Shown: positions 1 through 10,756 of the stretch, in pieces
Numbering within the stretch: the stretch's first letter is position 1
How the letters are laid out: the number at the start of each line of letters is the position of its first letter
Origin: an uncultured Verrucomicrobiae bacterium
GTDB lineage: Bacteria; Verrucomicrobiota; Verrucomicrobiia; Chthoniobacterales; Chthoniobacteraceae
Assembly (NCBI GenBank): GCA_963769025.1
Contig: CAVYKI010000009.1
Span: 864,001-928,000 of the forward strand
DNA length: 64,000 bases
Reading direction: 5' to 3'
Translations under genes and position numbers: made by a program
Notes under the pieces: model-generated
Seen by the model: only the letters and a program-made list of their open reading frames with translations
Database searches by the model: none
Told to the model about the DNA's origin: nothing

Positions 1-2233
1 ACCGGGACGTGACAAGGTTCGTGAGATTGTCGCGGAATACATTGCTCGCGCTGTTGATTACCATCCGGTTCATGCCTTTCACCACGTAGCGCACGAGCGG
101 GCTCCACGTCCACGATGCCGCCGTCGGGCTGAACGGCTCCAGCACGAGCGCGACGCGCATCTGGTCCGGCTTACCATCCCGCTGGCTCGACGCGTAAAAG
201 ACGAGCATGGCCTCGGTGATCGTCGGGAATCGCCCGAATCCTTTCGAACCTCCACCGGGAGTGCCCGCCGGCGGCACGAGCGGGACGATCTGCGTCTCGC
301 CACTCACCGCATCCGGCATCTGGCGGGCCGGCGCGTACTCGTAACGCGGCGGGACACTCGGGTCGGCCGCGTAGGCATTCGTTCCCATGCGGATAAGGTC
401 CACCATCGACGTGAGGATCTGGTCGCGCTGTGCGGCGGGATACTTCGTCACCAGCTTGCCGCTGAGGCCCGGCAGACTCTGCTCGGTGAGCCGCTGGAGA
501 TACGAATAGAGCTTTTGATTGCGATCAATTTGCCAGTCGAGCGTGGGCCGCTGGCTGCTCGGCGGCGCATAGCCGTACTGCGGCAACTGCTGGAATGGAA
601 CGGCAGGGTGAGCGATGCGGTTGTTCACCGGATCGCGCATGTAAACGCTGTAGCGCTGGAAGAAAAACGGGAAGCCGTTCACCGTGCCGCAGAATGCAAG
701 CAGCTTGTCCTTCGCGTTCCGGGGATTGACGGGCGTGCTGAATTTTCCGCCGTTCGGATCCGTCGCCTGCTGGAGTTGCCAGAGCAGCACGCGCGGTCCG
801 TTGAAGACCGTCACCTCGGCACACCGCGCGCTCGCCGTCAGGAAAAATCGCGAACGTTCGAGATCCGTCGCCTGAATGCGCCCCTGCGTGGAGCGATTCC
901 CGTTCGCGTCCTTCAGGGTCGGATCAAACGCCAGTTCGTCCACGCTCGCGTAGAGCCGGTCCGCGTCCACGGTGACAGGCGCCGCGGGTGATCCCGAATA
1001 ATAGCTGGCGAGAGTCCCGCCCTTCGTGCCGCCGGCGGTGATGCGCGGAATCATCGCGTAATAAGGCGCCAGCTTGCTGTCATGGTCCGCCGTAGTCATC
1101 GTGTCGCCCGTGGGCACCAGATAGCCGGGCAGATGTCCGAAGACGGGGCTCAGGCTCGTCATCGCAGGATGGCCGGGGTAGCGCTGGTACTCGCCCTTCA
1201 CGGGAACGCGATCCCGGAGCTGATTCTCCCCGTACGGCGACGTCGTCACATCACCCACCGCCCACGCGCGATCCCAATACGTCCCTTCGCTGTTGACGTT
1301 GATGTTCAGCTTCGAAGTCTCGTCATCCGTCCAGAATGCGATGCGTCCAACGATGGGATTATCCGCCGTCGGCCGGTTCGGGTCGCCGGCCGCGAGGTTC
1401 GCCCAGTTTGCCTGCAATCCGCCGTTCCCGACACCGGTTGGTGACGTGAGGCGCCCGTCCCGCAAGACATACATCCACTGCACGGGCATCGGCGCAGGAT
1501 TGCCGGTGTAGCCCGGTTGTGCCGATATGGTGGGATCATAATTCGGAGCAATGACCGGCCGCCCGCCGCTCTGCGGACCGCCAAAGCCGGGCACACGATT
1601 CAGGTCGAATCCGCCCACGCCGTCCTGCGCCTTCGCCGCACCGCCCGTGGGCGAAAGTCCCATCGGATCGAGAATCGGATATTTCGCCGTCGCCGTCTGC
1701 GTGCTGCCGGGAAAAGTGATCTTCCCGTTTGGGTCGGAGACGAGCAGAGGCGCGTTCAGATCGCTGTAGAGAGCCGGCTTCGCGAACCATGTGTCAGGCA
1801 CCTCCACGAACTGCTGCGTGGACGCCACCCACTCCGCTCCCGGCCGCGTGACCATCGTCGCCGAGGAGTACAGCTTGAATGCACGCCCCACATTTCCATT
1901 CTCGTCATAAGTCCGGATCATCCCCGGCTGCGTGGAATACGTCAGCCGTGCGCCCCCGCCCTTCCCCGTCGGGGTCGCCGCAGGGACCTGCCAGCTTTTC
2001 GTCGCATCGGAAATCTGCCCGATGACCACGTTCGTCGCGAGATCCCCGAGTTGTCTCGCTGTCACCCCCGCCTCGTACCCAGCCACCTCGCGCCGCACAC
2101 TCGACGAAGATCCAAAAAAACCGACGACGAGCGCGGCGATGAGGATCACAAAGGACAGGACAAGCATGAGTGCCACTCCTCGTTGGGAGTCGGGCAGGAT
2201 GGGGACGAAACCGCGCACGGGCGGCAAATTCAC
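1..2233 (-). CDS. Verru_Chthon cassette protein A (PilX-like N-terminus), 3' end outside window
   Basis: Absent from the ORF track because no stop falls in the window. Manual translation from GTG 2233: MNLPPVRGFVPILPDSQRGVALMLVLSFVILIAALVVGFF...LATNVVIGQISDAT...STQPGMIRTY...FKLYSS. The same frame is still open at position 2. The RG-VAL hydrophobic stretch and QPGMIRTY/KLYSS motifs match the family as I recall it. Confidence 0.85.
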   Translation of the reverse strand, partial: MNLPPVRGFVPILPDSQRGVALMLVLSFVILIAALVVGFFGSSSSVRREVAGYEAGVTARQLGDLATNVVIGQISDATKSWQVPAATPTGKGGGARLTYSTQPGMIRTYDENGNVGRAFKLYSSATMVTRPGAEWVASTQQFVEVPDTWFAKPALYSDLNAPLLVSDPNGKITFPGSTQTATAKYPILDPMGLSPTGGAAKAQDGVGGFDLNRVPGFGGPQSGGRPVIAPNYDPTISAQPGYTGNPAPMPVQWMYVLRDGRLTSPTGVGNGGLQANWANLAAGDPNRPTADNPIVGRIAFWTDDETSKLNINVNSEGTYWDRAWAVGDVTTSPYGENQLRDRVPVKGEYQRYPGHPAMTSLSPVFGHLPGYLVPTGDTMTTADHDSKLAPYYAMIPRITAGGTKGGTLASYYSGSPAAPVTVDADRLYASVDELAFDPTLKDANGNRSTQGRIQATDLERSRFFLTASARCAEVTVFNGPRVLLWQLQQATDPNGGKFSTPVNPRNAKDKLLAFCGTVNGFPFFFQRYSVYMRDPVNNRIAHPAVPFQQLPQYGYAPPSSQRPTLDWQIDRNQKLYSYLQRLTEQSLPGLSGKLVTKYPAAQRDQILTSMVDLIRMGTNAYAADPSVPPRYEYAPARQMPDAVSGETQIVPLVPPAGTPGGGSKGFGRFPTITEAMLVFYASSQRDGKPDQMRVALVLEPFSPTAASWTWSPLVRYVVKGMNRMVINSASNVFRDNLTNLVTSR

Positions 2234-2420
2234 ACGTGCCACCGTACCCCACAAGCCCGCATATCTCCCATACTCGACGGTCCGAATGCGGCTCGAATGC
2301 TTTTCACGGCGGTTTCAGTTTGATTTCCGCCTTCCGAAAATCGGTCATCGCGGGCGCCCTTCAGGGTAAACGGACACCCGGCAAACGTCCGACCCCACTC
2401 ATGAGCACATCGCCCGCAGA

Positions 2421-2894
2421 TCAGATTTCGGTGCGCGGGAGCAAAAGGCTGAGCAACATCCCGTAAAAATCGATCTGCATGATGGCAAATCTCTTTGCGC
2501 CGCTGTGTCTGCGACGGCCCGCCGTGTCATCCTCCGTCACGCCATGCCGCGCACCGAGCGCCAGGCGGGCTTGGTTGAGCGTGTGAACCCAAGCGCGCGC
2601 ATTTTCAAGTCCCAGCTTTAGCGTAAATTCATCTCCTTCTCTGTGAATGGTAGCAATATCAGACGAGACGATATCCAGATGACTTTGGAAAAGCTCGTGC
2701 AATTCAGGTTCGATCTCCTCGGCCCATTCGCTGTCCGCCTGCGGGTCGGCACCGCCGGTGAGGGAACCGAAAATGCGCTTCCGCGCCGCGTCGTCATCAG
2801 TCGCCGCGCAGGCCGGCAACTCCCGGAGCAAATCCACGATGAGCGGATCCATGTCCTCGAACACCCATCCGTCATCGGTCGTTCGGACTTCCAT
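2421..2894 (-). CDS. DUF2017-family protein
   Basis: WVHTLNQARLALGARHGV motif; directly downstream of clpS, the usual neighbour. Confidence 0.7.
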   Translation of the reverse strand: MEVRTTDDGWVFEDMDPLIVDLLRELPACAATDDDAARKRIFGSLTGGADPQADSEWAEEIEPELHELFQSHLDIVSSDIATIHREGDEFTLKLGLENARAWVHTLNQARLALGARHGVTEDDTAGRRRHSGAKRFAIMQIDFYGMLLSLLLPRTEI

Positions 2895-2897
2895 CGG

Positions 2898-3203
2898 TCA
2901 GTGGGATTTTTCAAGCGTGGTGAGGAGCAGATAGGCGTGCAACTGCTGGACGTACAGTTCCCCCCGCTCGCGCGAGCCGGTCCATACGATGGAACGGCCC
3001 TTTTGGTGGACTTCCAGCATGTGGATTTCGGCCTTCTGGCGCGAAAATCCCAACACCGTCATAAATACCTTCGTGACGTATTCCATGAGGTTGATCGGGT
3101 CGTTATGGACGACGACATTCCACGGGGTGTCGAGCGCCTCCTCGGTGAGCGTCTCCTCCTCGGTCAGCACATCGCCACCCGGACCACCGAATACAGGCTT
3201 CAT
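2898..3203 (-). CDS. clpS: ATP-dependent Clp protease adaptor ClpS
   Basis: VVVHNDPINLMEYV...MLEVHQKGRS. Start may instead be 3221. Confidence 0.92.
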   Translation of the reverse strand: MKPVFGGPGGDVLTEEETLTEEALDTPWNVVVHNDPINLMEYVTKVFMTVLGFSRQKAEIHMLEVHQKGRSIVWTGSRERGELYVQQLHAYLLLTTLEKSH

Positions 3204-3242
3204 TCCGCGGATGTGCAGCATGAACTCAGCCCTCGCTTCCCA

Positions 3243-4376
3243 TCAACGCGTGCCCGCGGGCGCCGGGACAATGATGGCCGTCGGCGGGGTGCCCGGTGCG
3301 GTCGCAGGCGGGATCGCCGTCGGCGGCGCGACGGTGCCGCCATTGAGAATTGAAGCAGCCGGCGTCCCGGTGACACCTGCGGCGATTGCCTCCAAGTGCG
3401 CAATCCAGTTCGCCCCCTCGGGATGCTGCGGGTAGGCCTTGATCAGGTTATACATCTCGGTAATGGCACGGTTGCGCTGGCCGATGAGCAGGAGATCCTG
3501 CGCGCGCGACCACATCAGCGATGGGCGCTTTATCTGGCTCCACTGCTTTTCCTCATAGTCGGGAATCCCGGGGTAAATGTTCTCCTGTCCCTTCCGGATC
3601 ATCATGTCCCAATAATCGAGCAGCCGCGGATCCTTCGTCGCGCGGAATTCCGGGAGGATGATCGCGTTGTAGATCCCGTTCACGTTGCCGGGCACCAGTT
3701 CCCAACCGCCGCCCTCCCCGTCCTCGCCCCTCTTCTTTCGCTTGCCCACATCGCCGACCAGATCCGCGATCTGCAGCCGCTTCGCGACGGGGCTGCCGGT
3801 GACGGACGTCCTCAGGATGCTGTCGTGAAGTTTCTTCGCGTTCGTGTCCTCGGAGAGGGACTTGTTGGGCGTGCCGGGGCGCTTCGCCGCCTTGGCCTTG
3901 TCGATTTGGTCGGCGACTTTGCTGATGCCGGCTTCGTCCGCTTCGAGCTGCTTGGTGAAATCGATGATGTTGGGCAGCAGTTGCTTGGTCTCCGCCCCGG
4001 CTGCGTGCTGCATGGTGAGCCCGAGCCAGACGAGGTGCAGGCGGGCGGCATTGGCGCATTCCTTGACCTTCAGTCCCTCGCCTTCCCCCTGCTTCCAGTC
4101 GCGCACGGCCTGCGTCTGATGATCTACGCCGGCAAACTGCACCGCCAGCACGGCATCCGCCCAGAACGCGGCGGCCTTTTCATTCGATGCCGCCGCTGCC
4201 GCGATCTGCTGGTATGCGCCGTTGCGGCGAGTTTTCAGGCCCATCTCGTTCGCCTCCTTGAACTGCCGCAGCCCCAGCAGGAGCTGCTTCATATCCACGG
4301 GCGGCGCGTCGTTGAGTTGGGAAAATGCAGGCACAGCCAGCGAGGCGACGAGCAGGGGGACGAGGGAGCGTTTCAT
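3243..4376 (-). CDS. Hypothetical secreted helical protein with Pro/Ala-rich tail
   Basis: 377-aa ORF with signal peptide MKRSLVPLLVASLAVPAFS and native codon usage. Confidence 0.8.
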   Translation of the reverse strand: MKRSLVPLLVASLAVPAFSQLNDAPPVDMKQLLLGLRQFKEANEMGLKTRRNGAYQQIAAAAASNEKAAAFWADAVLAVQFAGVDHQTQAVRDWKQGEGEGLKVKECANAARLHLVWLGLTMQHAAGAETKQLLPNIIDFTKQLEADEAGISKVADQIDKAKAAKRPGTPNKSLSEDTNAKKLHDSILRTSVTGSPVAKRLQIADLVGDVGKRKKRGEDGEGGGWELVPGNVNGIYNAIILPEFRATKDPRLLDYWDMMIRKGQENIYPGIPDYEEKQWSQIKRPSLMWSRAQDLLLIGQRNRAITEMYNLIKAYPQHPEGANWIAHLEAIAAGVTGTPAASILNGGTVAPPTAIPPATAPGTPPTAIIVPAPAGTR

Positions 4377-4391
4377 GGGAGTGGAGACAAA

Positions 4392-4871
4392 TTACAGCGC
4401 TTTGCGCCGGACTTTGCACGGCAGATTTTCCGCCACCGGCGGCGCATTTGCAAGGATGCGCCGCCAGATCCGGTTTTGGACACGGTGCATCGTTGCGCGG
4501 TCGCGCGATGCGATGTCGTCATGCCCATTCAGGTGCAGCAACCCGTGGATGATGTAGAGCGCGAGTTCCTCCACCACCCCGTGTCCGTGCTCGTTTGCCT
4601 GGACTTGCGCCGTGTCCGCGCTCACGACGATTTCGCCGTGGTCGAAAGTGATGACATCCGTCGCGCCCGGCACGCCCATGAATTGCCGGTGCACGCGCGC
4701 GATGACCGCATCGCTCACCACGGCCACCTCGATCACCGGCGATTTTTGCAGGCGGAAGAGCCCGTCGCCCGACTCGTTCATGCACGCCGCGAGCGACAGC
4801 TCCGAGATTCTCCGGAGCCGCTGCATGTCGAAGCGGACCCGCCGCTGGCGGTTGACGAGAGTGATTTGCAC
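4392..4871 (-). CDS. ybeY: rRNA maturation endoribonuclease YbeY
   Basis: TDVITF, GEIVVS and HGLLHLNGHDD zinc motif; GTG start at 4871 inferred. Confidence 0.9.
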   Translation of the reverse strand: MQITLVNRQRRVRFDMQRLRRISELSLAACMNESGDGLFRLQKSPVIEVAVVSDAVIARVHRQFMGVPGATDVITFDHGEIVVSADTAQVQANEHGHGVVEELALYIIHGLLHLNGHDDIASRDRATMHRVQNRIWRRILANAPPVAENLPCKVRRKAL

Positions 4872-4974
4872 GCCGCGGAGACTGTCAGTTCGCGCCGCAA
4901 CCGCCAGCCCGTTTGCGAATACGGCGCTGGCAATACCCAAGAACATTGGCAAAGTGGGATTCGATAGACTGACC

Positions 4975-7900
4975 ATGCGAATCATCCCTTTTGCGATCCT
5001 CCTGACGCCCTTCGCCTCACTCGCCGCCGAGAGCAGCGGGGACGCTTTTTTTAAGGAAAAGGTGCAACCCATCCTCACGCAGCACTGCTTCAAATGTCAC
5101 AGCCACGGCGAAAAGATGAAGGGCAACCTCGTCGTGGATTCCCGCGATGGCCTGCTCACGGGCGGCGACACGGGGCCGGCCGTCGTGCCGGGCGATCCGG
5201 CGAAGAGCCTGCTGATCGAAGCGGTCACCTATAAGAATACGGATCTCCAAATGCCGCCCAAGGGCGAGAAACTCAGCGACGCGCAAGTCGCGACGCTGAC
5301 GGAATGGGTGAAGCTCGGCGCGCCGTGGCCGGAAGCGCCGGGGCAGAAGATGAAGCCGCGCCCGAAGGGAAAAATCTCGGATGAGGACCGCCAGTGGTGG
5401 GCGTTCAAGCCCGTCGCGAAAATCGAGCCTCCGCCTGCGGGCAAATGGGGTGTGAATGAAATCGATCGGTTCATTTTCGCGAAACTCGAAGCGGCGAAAC
5501 TCAAGCCCGCACCGCCGGCAGACAAGACGGCGCTGGTCCGCCGCGTGTACTTCGATCTCATCGGTCTGCCGCCGACGCCCGAGGAGGCCGCCGCATTTGT
5601 CGCGGACACTTCGCCTGATGCGTATGCAAAACTCGTGGACAAGCTCCTCGCCAGCCCGCGCCACGGCGAACGCTGGGCGCGGCACTGGCTGGACCTCGTG
5701 CGTTACGCGGAGAGCGACGGGTACCGCGCCGACGACTATCGCCCGAACGCATGGCGCTACCGCGACTACGTCATCGCGAGCATCAATGCCGACAAGCCCT
5801 ACGATCGCTTCGTGCAGGAGCAGCTCGCGGGCGACGAACTCTGGCCGGACAGTCCCGAGGCGCGCATCGCCACCGGCTACCTCACGCTCGGCATCTACGA
5901 GTACAACAACCGCGATGCGGCCGGCCAGTGGAGCAACATGATCAACGACATCACCGACACGACCGCGGATGTCTTCATGGGCATGGGCGTGCAATGTGCG
6001 CGCTGCCACGACCACAAGTTCGATCCCATTTTGCAAAAGGACTACTTCCGCCTCCAGGCGTTCTTCGCACCGATACGGCTGTTGCAGGAAGGCGAGGTGG
6101 CGACGAAGGAGCAACGCCAGGCTTACGAGGAAAAGCTCGCCGCATGGCAGGCGAAGACCGCGGATCTGCGCGCGCAAATCGATGAGATCGAAGCGCCCGT
6201 CCGCGCCCACACGCAGAAGGACGCGGTCACCAAATTCCCGCCGGAAACCCAGGCGATCATCGCCAAGCCCGCCGCGGAGCGCACTCCGTACGAGCAACAG
6301 ATCGTCGATTTGGCGTGGCGGCAGGTGGACTACGAGTACTCGGACAAGCGCTTCGAGGCGCGCGTGAAGGAGCCCGCGAAAACCGCGCGCAACGCGCTCA
6401 TCGCCGAGCTGAACAAATTCCGCGCGGAGAAACCCGAACCGCTGCCGCGCGCGCCCATCGCCACCGATGTCGGCCCGGCGGCGTCGCCCGTGGTCGTTCC
6501 GAAAAAGAAGGCGCTCGGGGAAATTGCGCCCGGCTTCCTCACCGTGCTCGACGAGAGTCCGGCAAAAATTTCGCCCCTGCCCCACAGCACCGGCCGCCGC
6601 ACAGCGCTCGCGCACTGGCTCACGCAGCCGGAGAATCCGCTCACCGCGCGCGTCATCGTCAACCGCGTGTGGCAATATCACTTCGGCCACGGCCTCGCCG
6701 TGAACGCCAGCGACTTCGGCACGCTCGGCGAAAAGCCCTCGCACCCCGAACTGCTCGACTGGCTCACGCGCTGGTTCACGGACAACGGCTGGAGCCTGAA
6801 AAAACTCCACCGCCTCATCGTCACCAGTGCGACCTTCACGCAGTCCGCCGCGAGCCCGATCGCAGCGCAGGCGAAGCTGGCGGATCCGGAAAACCGGCTG
6901 CTCTGGCACATCCCGACGCGCCGTCTCGATGCCGAGGAAATCCGCGACGCGATCCTTTCGGTCACCGGCGAAATCGAATTCCCCGCAGGCGGCCCAGGGC
7001 TCGAGCCGGAGCGGCACGCGCGCACCATCTACAGCAAGCTCCGCCGCAACAACCGCGACGCCGTGCTCGAGGTCTTCGACCAGCCCGAGGGCTTTTCCAG
7101 CATCTCGCAGCGCAACGTCACGACCACGCCCACCCAGTCGCTGCTGATGATCAACAGCAAGTGGACGCTGGAGCGCGCGAAGGCCTTTGCCGCGCGGCTG
7201 CGAAAGGAGAACTCCACGGAGGAAAAGGAAATCCTCACCGACGCTTTCCGCCTGTGCTATGGCCGTGAGCCGGGCCCCGCGGTGCTCGATGCTGCACGGA
7301 AATTCATCGAGCAGCAGGCAAAGGAGCTCGGCGGCGACACCGTGAGTTCCGAGCCGCCCGCATTCATCTCGGAAAAAATGCAGACCCGTGAAGGCCGCGC
7401 AGCGCAGCTCGTGCCCGGTTCCGGCCAGGAGCGGCTCGCCGTGGCGCACGACCCGGCTTTCCCGCGGGGCGACTTCACCATCGAGGCATTCATCAATGTG
7501 AAGTCCGTCTATCCCACCGGCGCGGTGCGCACCATCGTCTCAAAGTGGGACGGCAACAAAGGGCACCCCGGCTGGTCGCTGGGCGTCACCGGCGCAGGCT
7601 CGCGGAACAAGCCGCAGACGCTCGTGCTCCAGCTCTGCGGCGACAAGCCATGGAAGCCGACCGATCCCGTCGAGCCGATTTTCTCCGGGCTCCATATCGA
7701 TATCGGCAAGCCGTACTTCGTCGCCGTCGCCGTGAATCTCGACGACGCCACGGAAAAGGGAATCACCTTCTACGCAAAGGATCTCACCAACGACGACGAG
7801 CCGATGCAATCCGTGCAGCTCGCGCACACCGTCACCAGCGGCATCGCCAACGAAGTGCCGATCGTCATCGGCGGCCAGCCCACCGGCGGAGGGAATCTGT

Positions 7901-8166
7901 TCGACGGCCTCGTTGACGACGTGCGCCTTTCGGACACCGCGCTCCGCGCCGAGGAACTGCTCGTCACGAGCGCCTCCGCGGGCGAGCACACCGTCGGCTA
8001 CTGGAAATTCGAAACCTCGCCGAATCCCTACACCGACAGCTCCGGCCACAACCGCGACATCTCCGTGGCGGCGAACAAGGCGAAGCAAAAGGATCCCCGC
8101 CTCACCGCCCTCGTGGACTTCTGCCACATCCTCCTGAACTCGAACGAATTTCTCTACGTCGACTGA
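4975..8166 (+). CDS. Planctomycete cytochrome c + DUF1549 + DUF1553 protein with LamG-like insertion
   Basis: Signal peptide, CFKCH, GERWARHWLDLVRYAES, CARCHDHKFDPI, ARVIVNRVWQYHFG, C-terminal LLNSNEFLYVD; LamG-like FTIEAFI...FDGLVDDVRLS. Confidence 0.92.
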   Translation: MRIIPFAILLTPFASLAAESSGDAFFKEKVQPILTQHCFKCHSHGEKMKGNLVVDSRDGLLTGGDTGPAVVPGDPAKSLLIEAVTYKNTDLQMPPKGEKLSDAQVATLTEWVKLGAPWPEAPGQKMKPRPKGKISDEDRQWWAFKPVAKIEPPPAGKWGVNEIDRFIFAKLEAAKLKPAPPADKTALVRRVYFDLIGLPPTPEEAAAFVADTSPDAYAKLVDKLLASPRHGERWARHWLDLVRYAESDGYRADDYRPNAWRYRDYVIASINADKPYDRFVQEQLAGDELWPDSPEARIATGYLTLGIYEYNNRDAAGQWSNMINDITDTTADVFMGMGVQCARCHDHKFDPILQKDYFRLQAFFAPIRLLQEGEVATKEQRQAYEEKLAAWQAKTADLRAQIDEIEAPVRAHTQKDAVTKFPPETQAIIAKPAAERTPYEQQIVDLAWRQVDYEYSDKRFEARVKEPAKTARNALIAELNKFRAEKPEPLPRAPIATDVGPAASPVVVPKKKALGEIAPGFLTVLDESPAKISPLPHSTGRRTALAHWLTQPENPLTARVIVNRVWQYHFGHGLAVNASDFGTLGEKPSHPELLDWLTRWFTDNGWSLKKLHRLIVTSATFTQSAASPIAAQAKLADPENRLLWHIPTRRLDAEEIRDAILSVTGEIEFPAGGPGLEPERHARTIYSKLRRNNRDAVLEVFDQPEGFSSISQRNVTTTPTQSLLMINSKWTLERAKAFAARLRKENSTEEKEILTDAFRLCYGREPGPAVLDAARKFIEQQAKELGGDTVSSEPPAFISEKMQTREGRAAQLVPGSGQERLAVAHDPAFPRGDFTIEAFINVKSVYPTGAVRTIVSKWDGNKGHPGWSLGVTGAGSRNKPQTLVLQLCGDKPWKPTDPVEPIFSGLHIDIGKPYFVAVAVNLDDATEKGITFYAKDLTNDDEPMQSVQLAHTVTSGIANEVPIVIGGQPTGGGNLFDGLVDDVRLSDTALRAEELLVTSASAGEHTVGYWKFETSPNPYTDSSGHNRDISVAANKAKQKDPRLTALVDFCHILLNSNEFLYVD

Positions 8167-8169
8167 GCC

Positions 8170-9631
<1,462 letters not shown>

Positions 9632-9724
9632 TCCCGCACGACCAGCTCACGCGAGGTGCAGAAACTCACGGCCGATGAGACGAAGAGCGCGGGCCGGCTT
9701 TCCGCTTGGAAAAGCGCAACGGCG

Positions 9725-10660
9725 CTATTTCTTCTTCTCGGGAAACTCCATCCACGGCGTGGCGGCGAAGGCTTTCCACTGCTCCTCGATCTTCGCCGGC
9801 TCGGGCATTCCGCGGTGGATCCAGAGCGCGTAGCGGAGCCGCATGGGCTCGCCTTTTTTCACCGTGAGCGGATGGCCAAAGGTGAGCGAGGCGCCCATCC
9901 ATCCGTCGCCGCGGCAATGGAACGGGACAGGGGAATTCGGATTCTGCGGGTGATCCAGTAACGTGATCCCCTCCACGGCCGTCGGCGTAATCGGGCCGCT
10001 GTAGTCCATCCATCGCGCCGGTTTGCGGAAGCAGGCCACCTCGTCCACTCCGCCCTCGCTGTTGCGGATCGTCCCTCCGCCATCGTGCACGCCGATGGTC
10101 TTCGCCATTCGCACGCCGAGCATTCCGAATGCGCTGTCATCGAGCGGCACATCGGCGGTGCGCGCTTCGAGCTGGAGGTCGAGCAGGAGCAGCCACTCCT
10201 TGCCGGCGAGCGGCTTCACGCTCACGCGGCGGCGGTCGTGGAGCACGGGCTTCCCGTCCTGGTCGAGCCACGCATTTTCCGTCTCGGCAAAAGCGGCATC
10301 GTCCGCGTCCTCGAAGCGCAAGACTTTGACGTGCGCGATGCGCCCGCCGTTGTCCGCCCAGAAATTCACACCGCCGACAAACTGGTGCGAAAACCAGACG
10401 GAGTTGTGATGGCTGTGCGAGACCGGGTCGTGCGGGTGTCCCATGCGCGTGAGCGATCGTCCGCTCGGCCCGATGATGGGGAACACAAACGGCCGCCGCT
10501 GATCCGGGGCGAAGCAGAGGCGCGCAATTTCCTCCCCGTCGCGCTGGAAGGAAACCTCGTCGCGCGGCAGAGGGATGACCTGCATGCGCGGGACAGGCTT
10601 GGGCTCGGCGGCAGAAGCAACGGCGGCGAGTGCGAGGACGAGTGCGGGGAGGAGACGCAT
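9725..10660 (-). CDS. Secreted DUF6807/'PmoA-like' family protein
   Basis: Signal peptide MRLLPALVLALAAVASA; RPFVFPI, DPVSHSHHNSVWF, PARWMDYSG, DHPQN. Confidence 0.75.
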   Translation of the reverse strand: MRLLPALVLALAAVASAAEPKPVPRMQVIPLPRDEVSFQRDGEEIARLCFAPDQRRPFVFPIIGPSGRSLTRMGHPHDPVSHSHHNSVWFSHQFVGGVNFWADNGGRIAHVKVLRFEDADDAAFAETENAWLDQDGKPVLHDRRRVSVKPLAGKEWLLLLDLQLEARTADVPLDDSAFGMLGVRMAKTIGVHDGGGTIRNSEGGVDEVACFRKPARWMDYSGPITPTAVEGITLLDHPQNPNSPVPFHCRGDGWMGASLTFGHPLTVKKGEPMRLRYALWIHRGMPEPAKIEEQWKAFAATPWMEFPEKKK

Positions 10661-10665
10661 ATGAC

Positions 10666-10756
10666 GTGGGGGGTGGGGAGTGCGAAGTGCGGAGTGTGCG
10701 CTTCCGCCCCCCTGTTCCTCAACTCCGCATTTCCCACTCCTCACTCCGCACTTCCC
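10666..10756. repeat. Inverted arrays of degenerate heptamer tandem repeats (GTGCGGA / ACTCCGC)
   Basis: GTGGGGG GTGGGGA GTGCGAA GTGCGGA followed by ACTCCGC ATTTCCC ACTCCTC ACTCCGC ACTTCCC. Confidence 0.75.

Noticed and set aside
5017..7449. Long antisense ORFs (810 aa here; also 57782-60157, 49600-51183, 3396-4967)
   Set aside because: Shadow frames of GC3-biased genes on the opposite strand, with no recognisable motifs.
9725..10660. Methane oxidation suggested by the 'PmoA family' label
   Set aside because: A soluble secreted protein with no multi-TM profile and no pmoB/pmoC nearby; the label is misleading.
10666..10756. CRISPR array
   Set aside because: 7-nt tandem units with no spacers and no cas genes.
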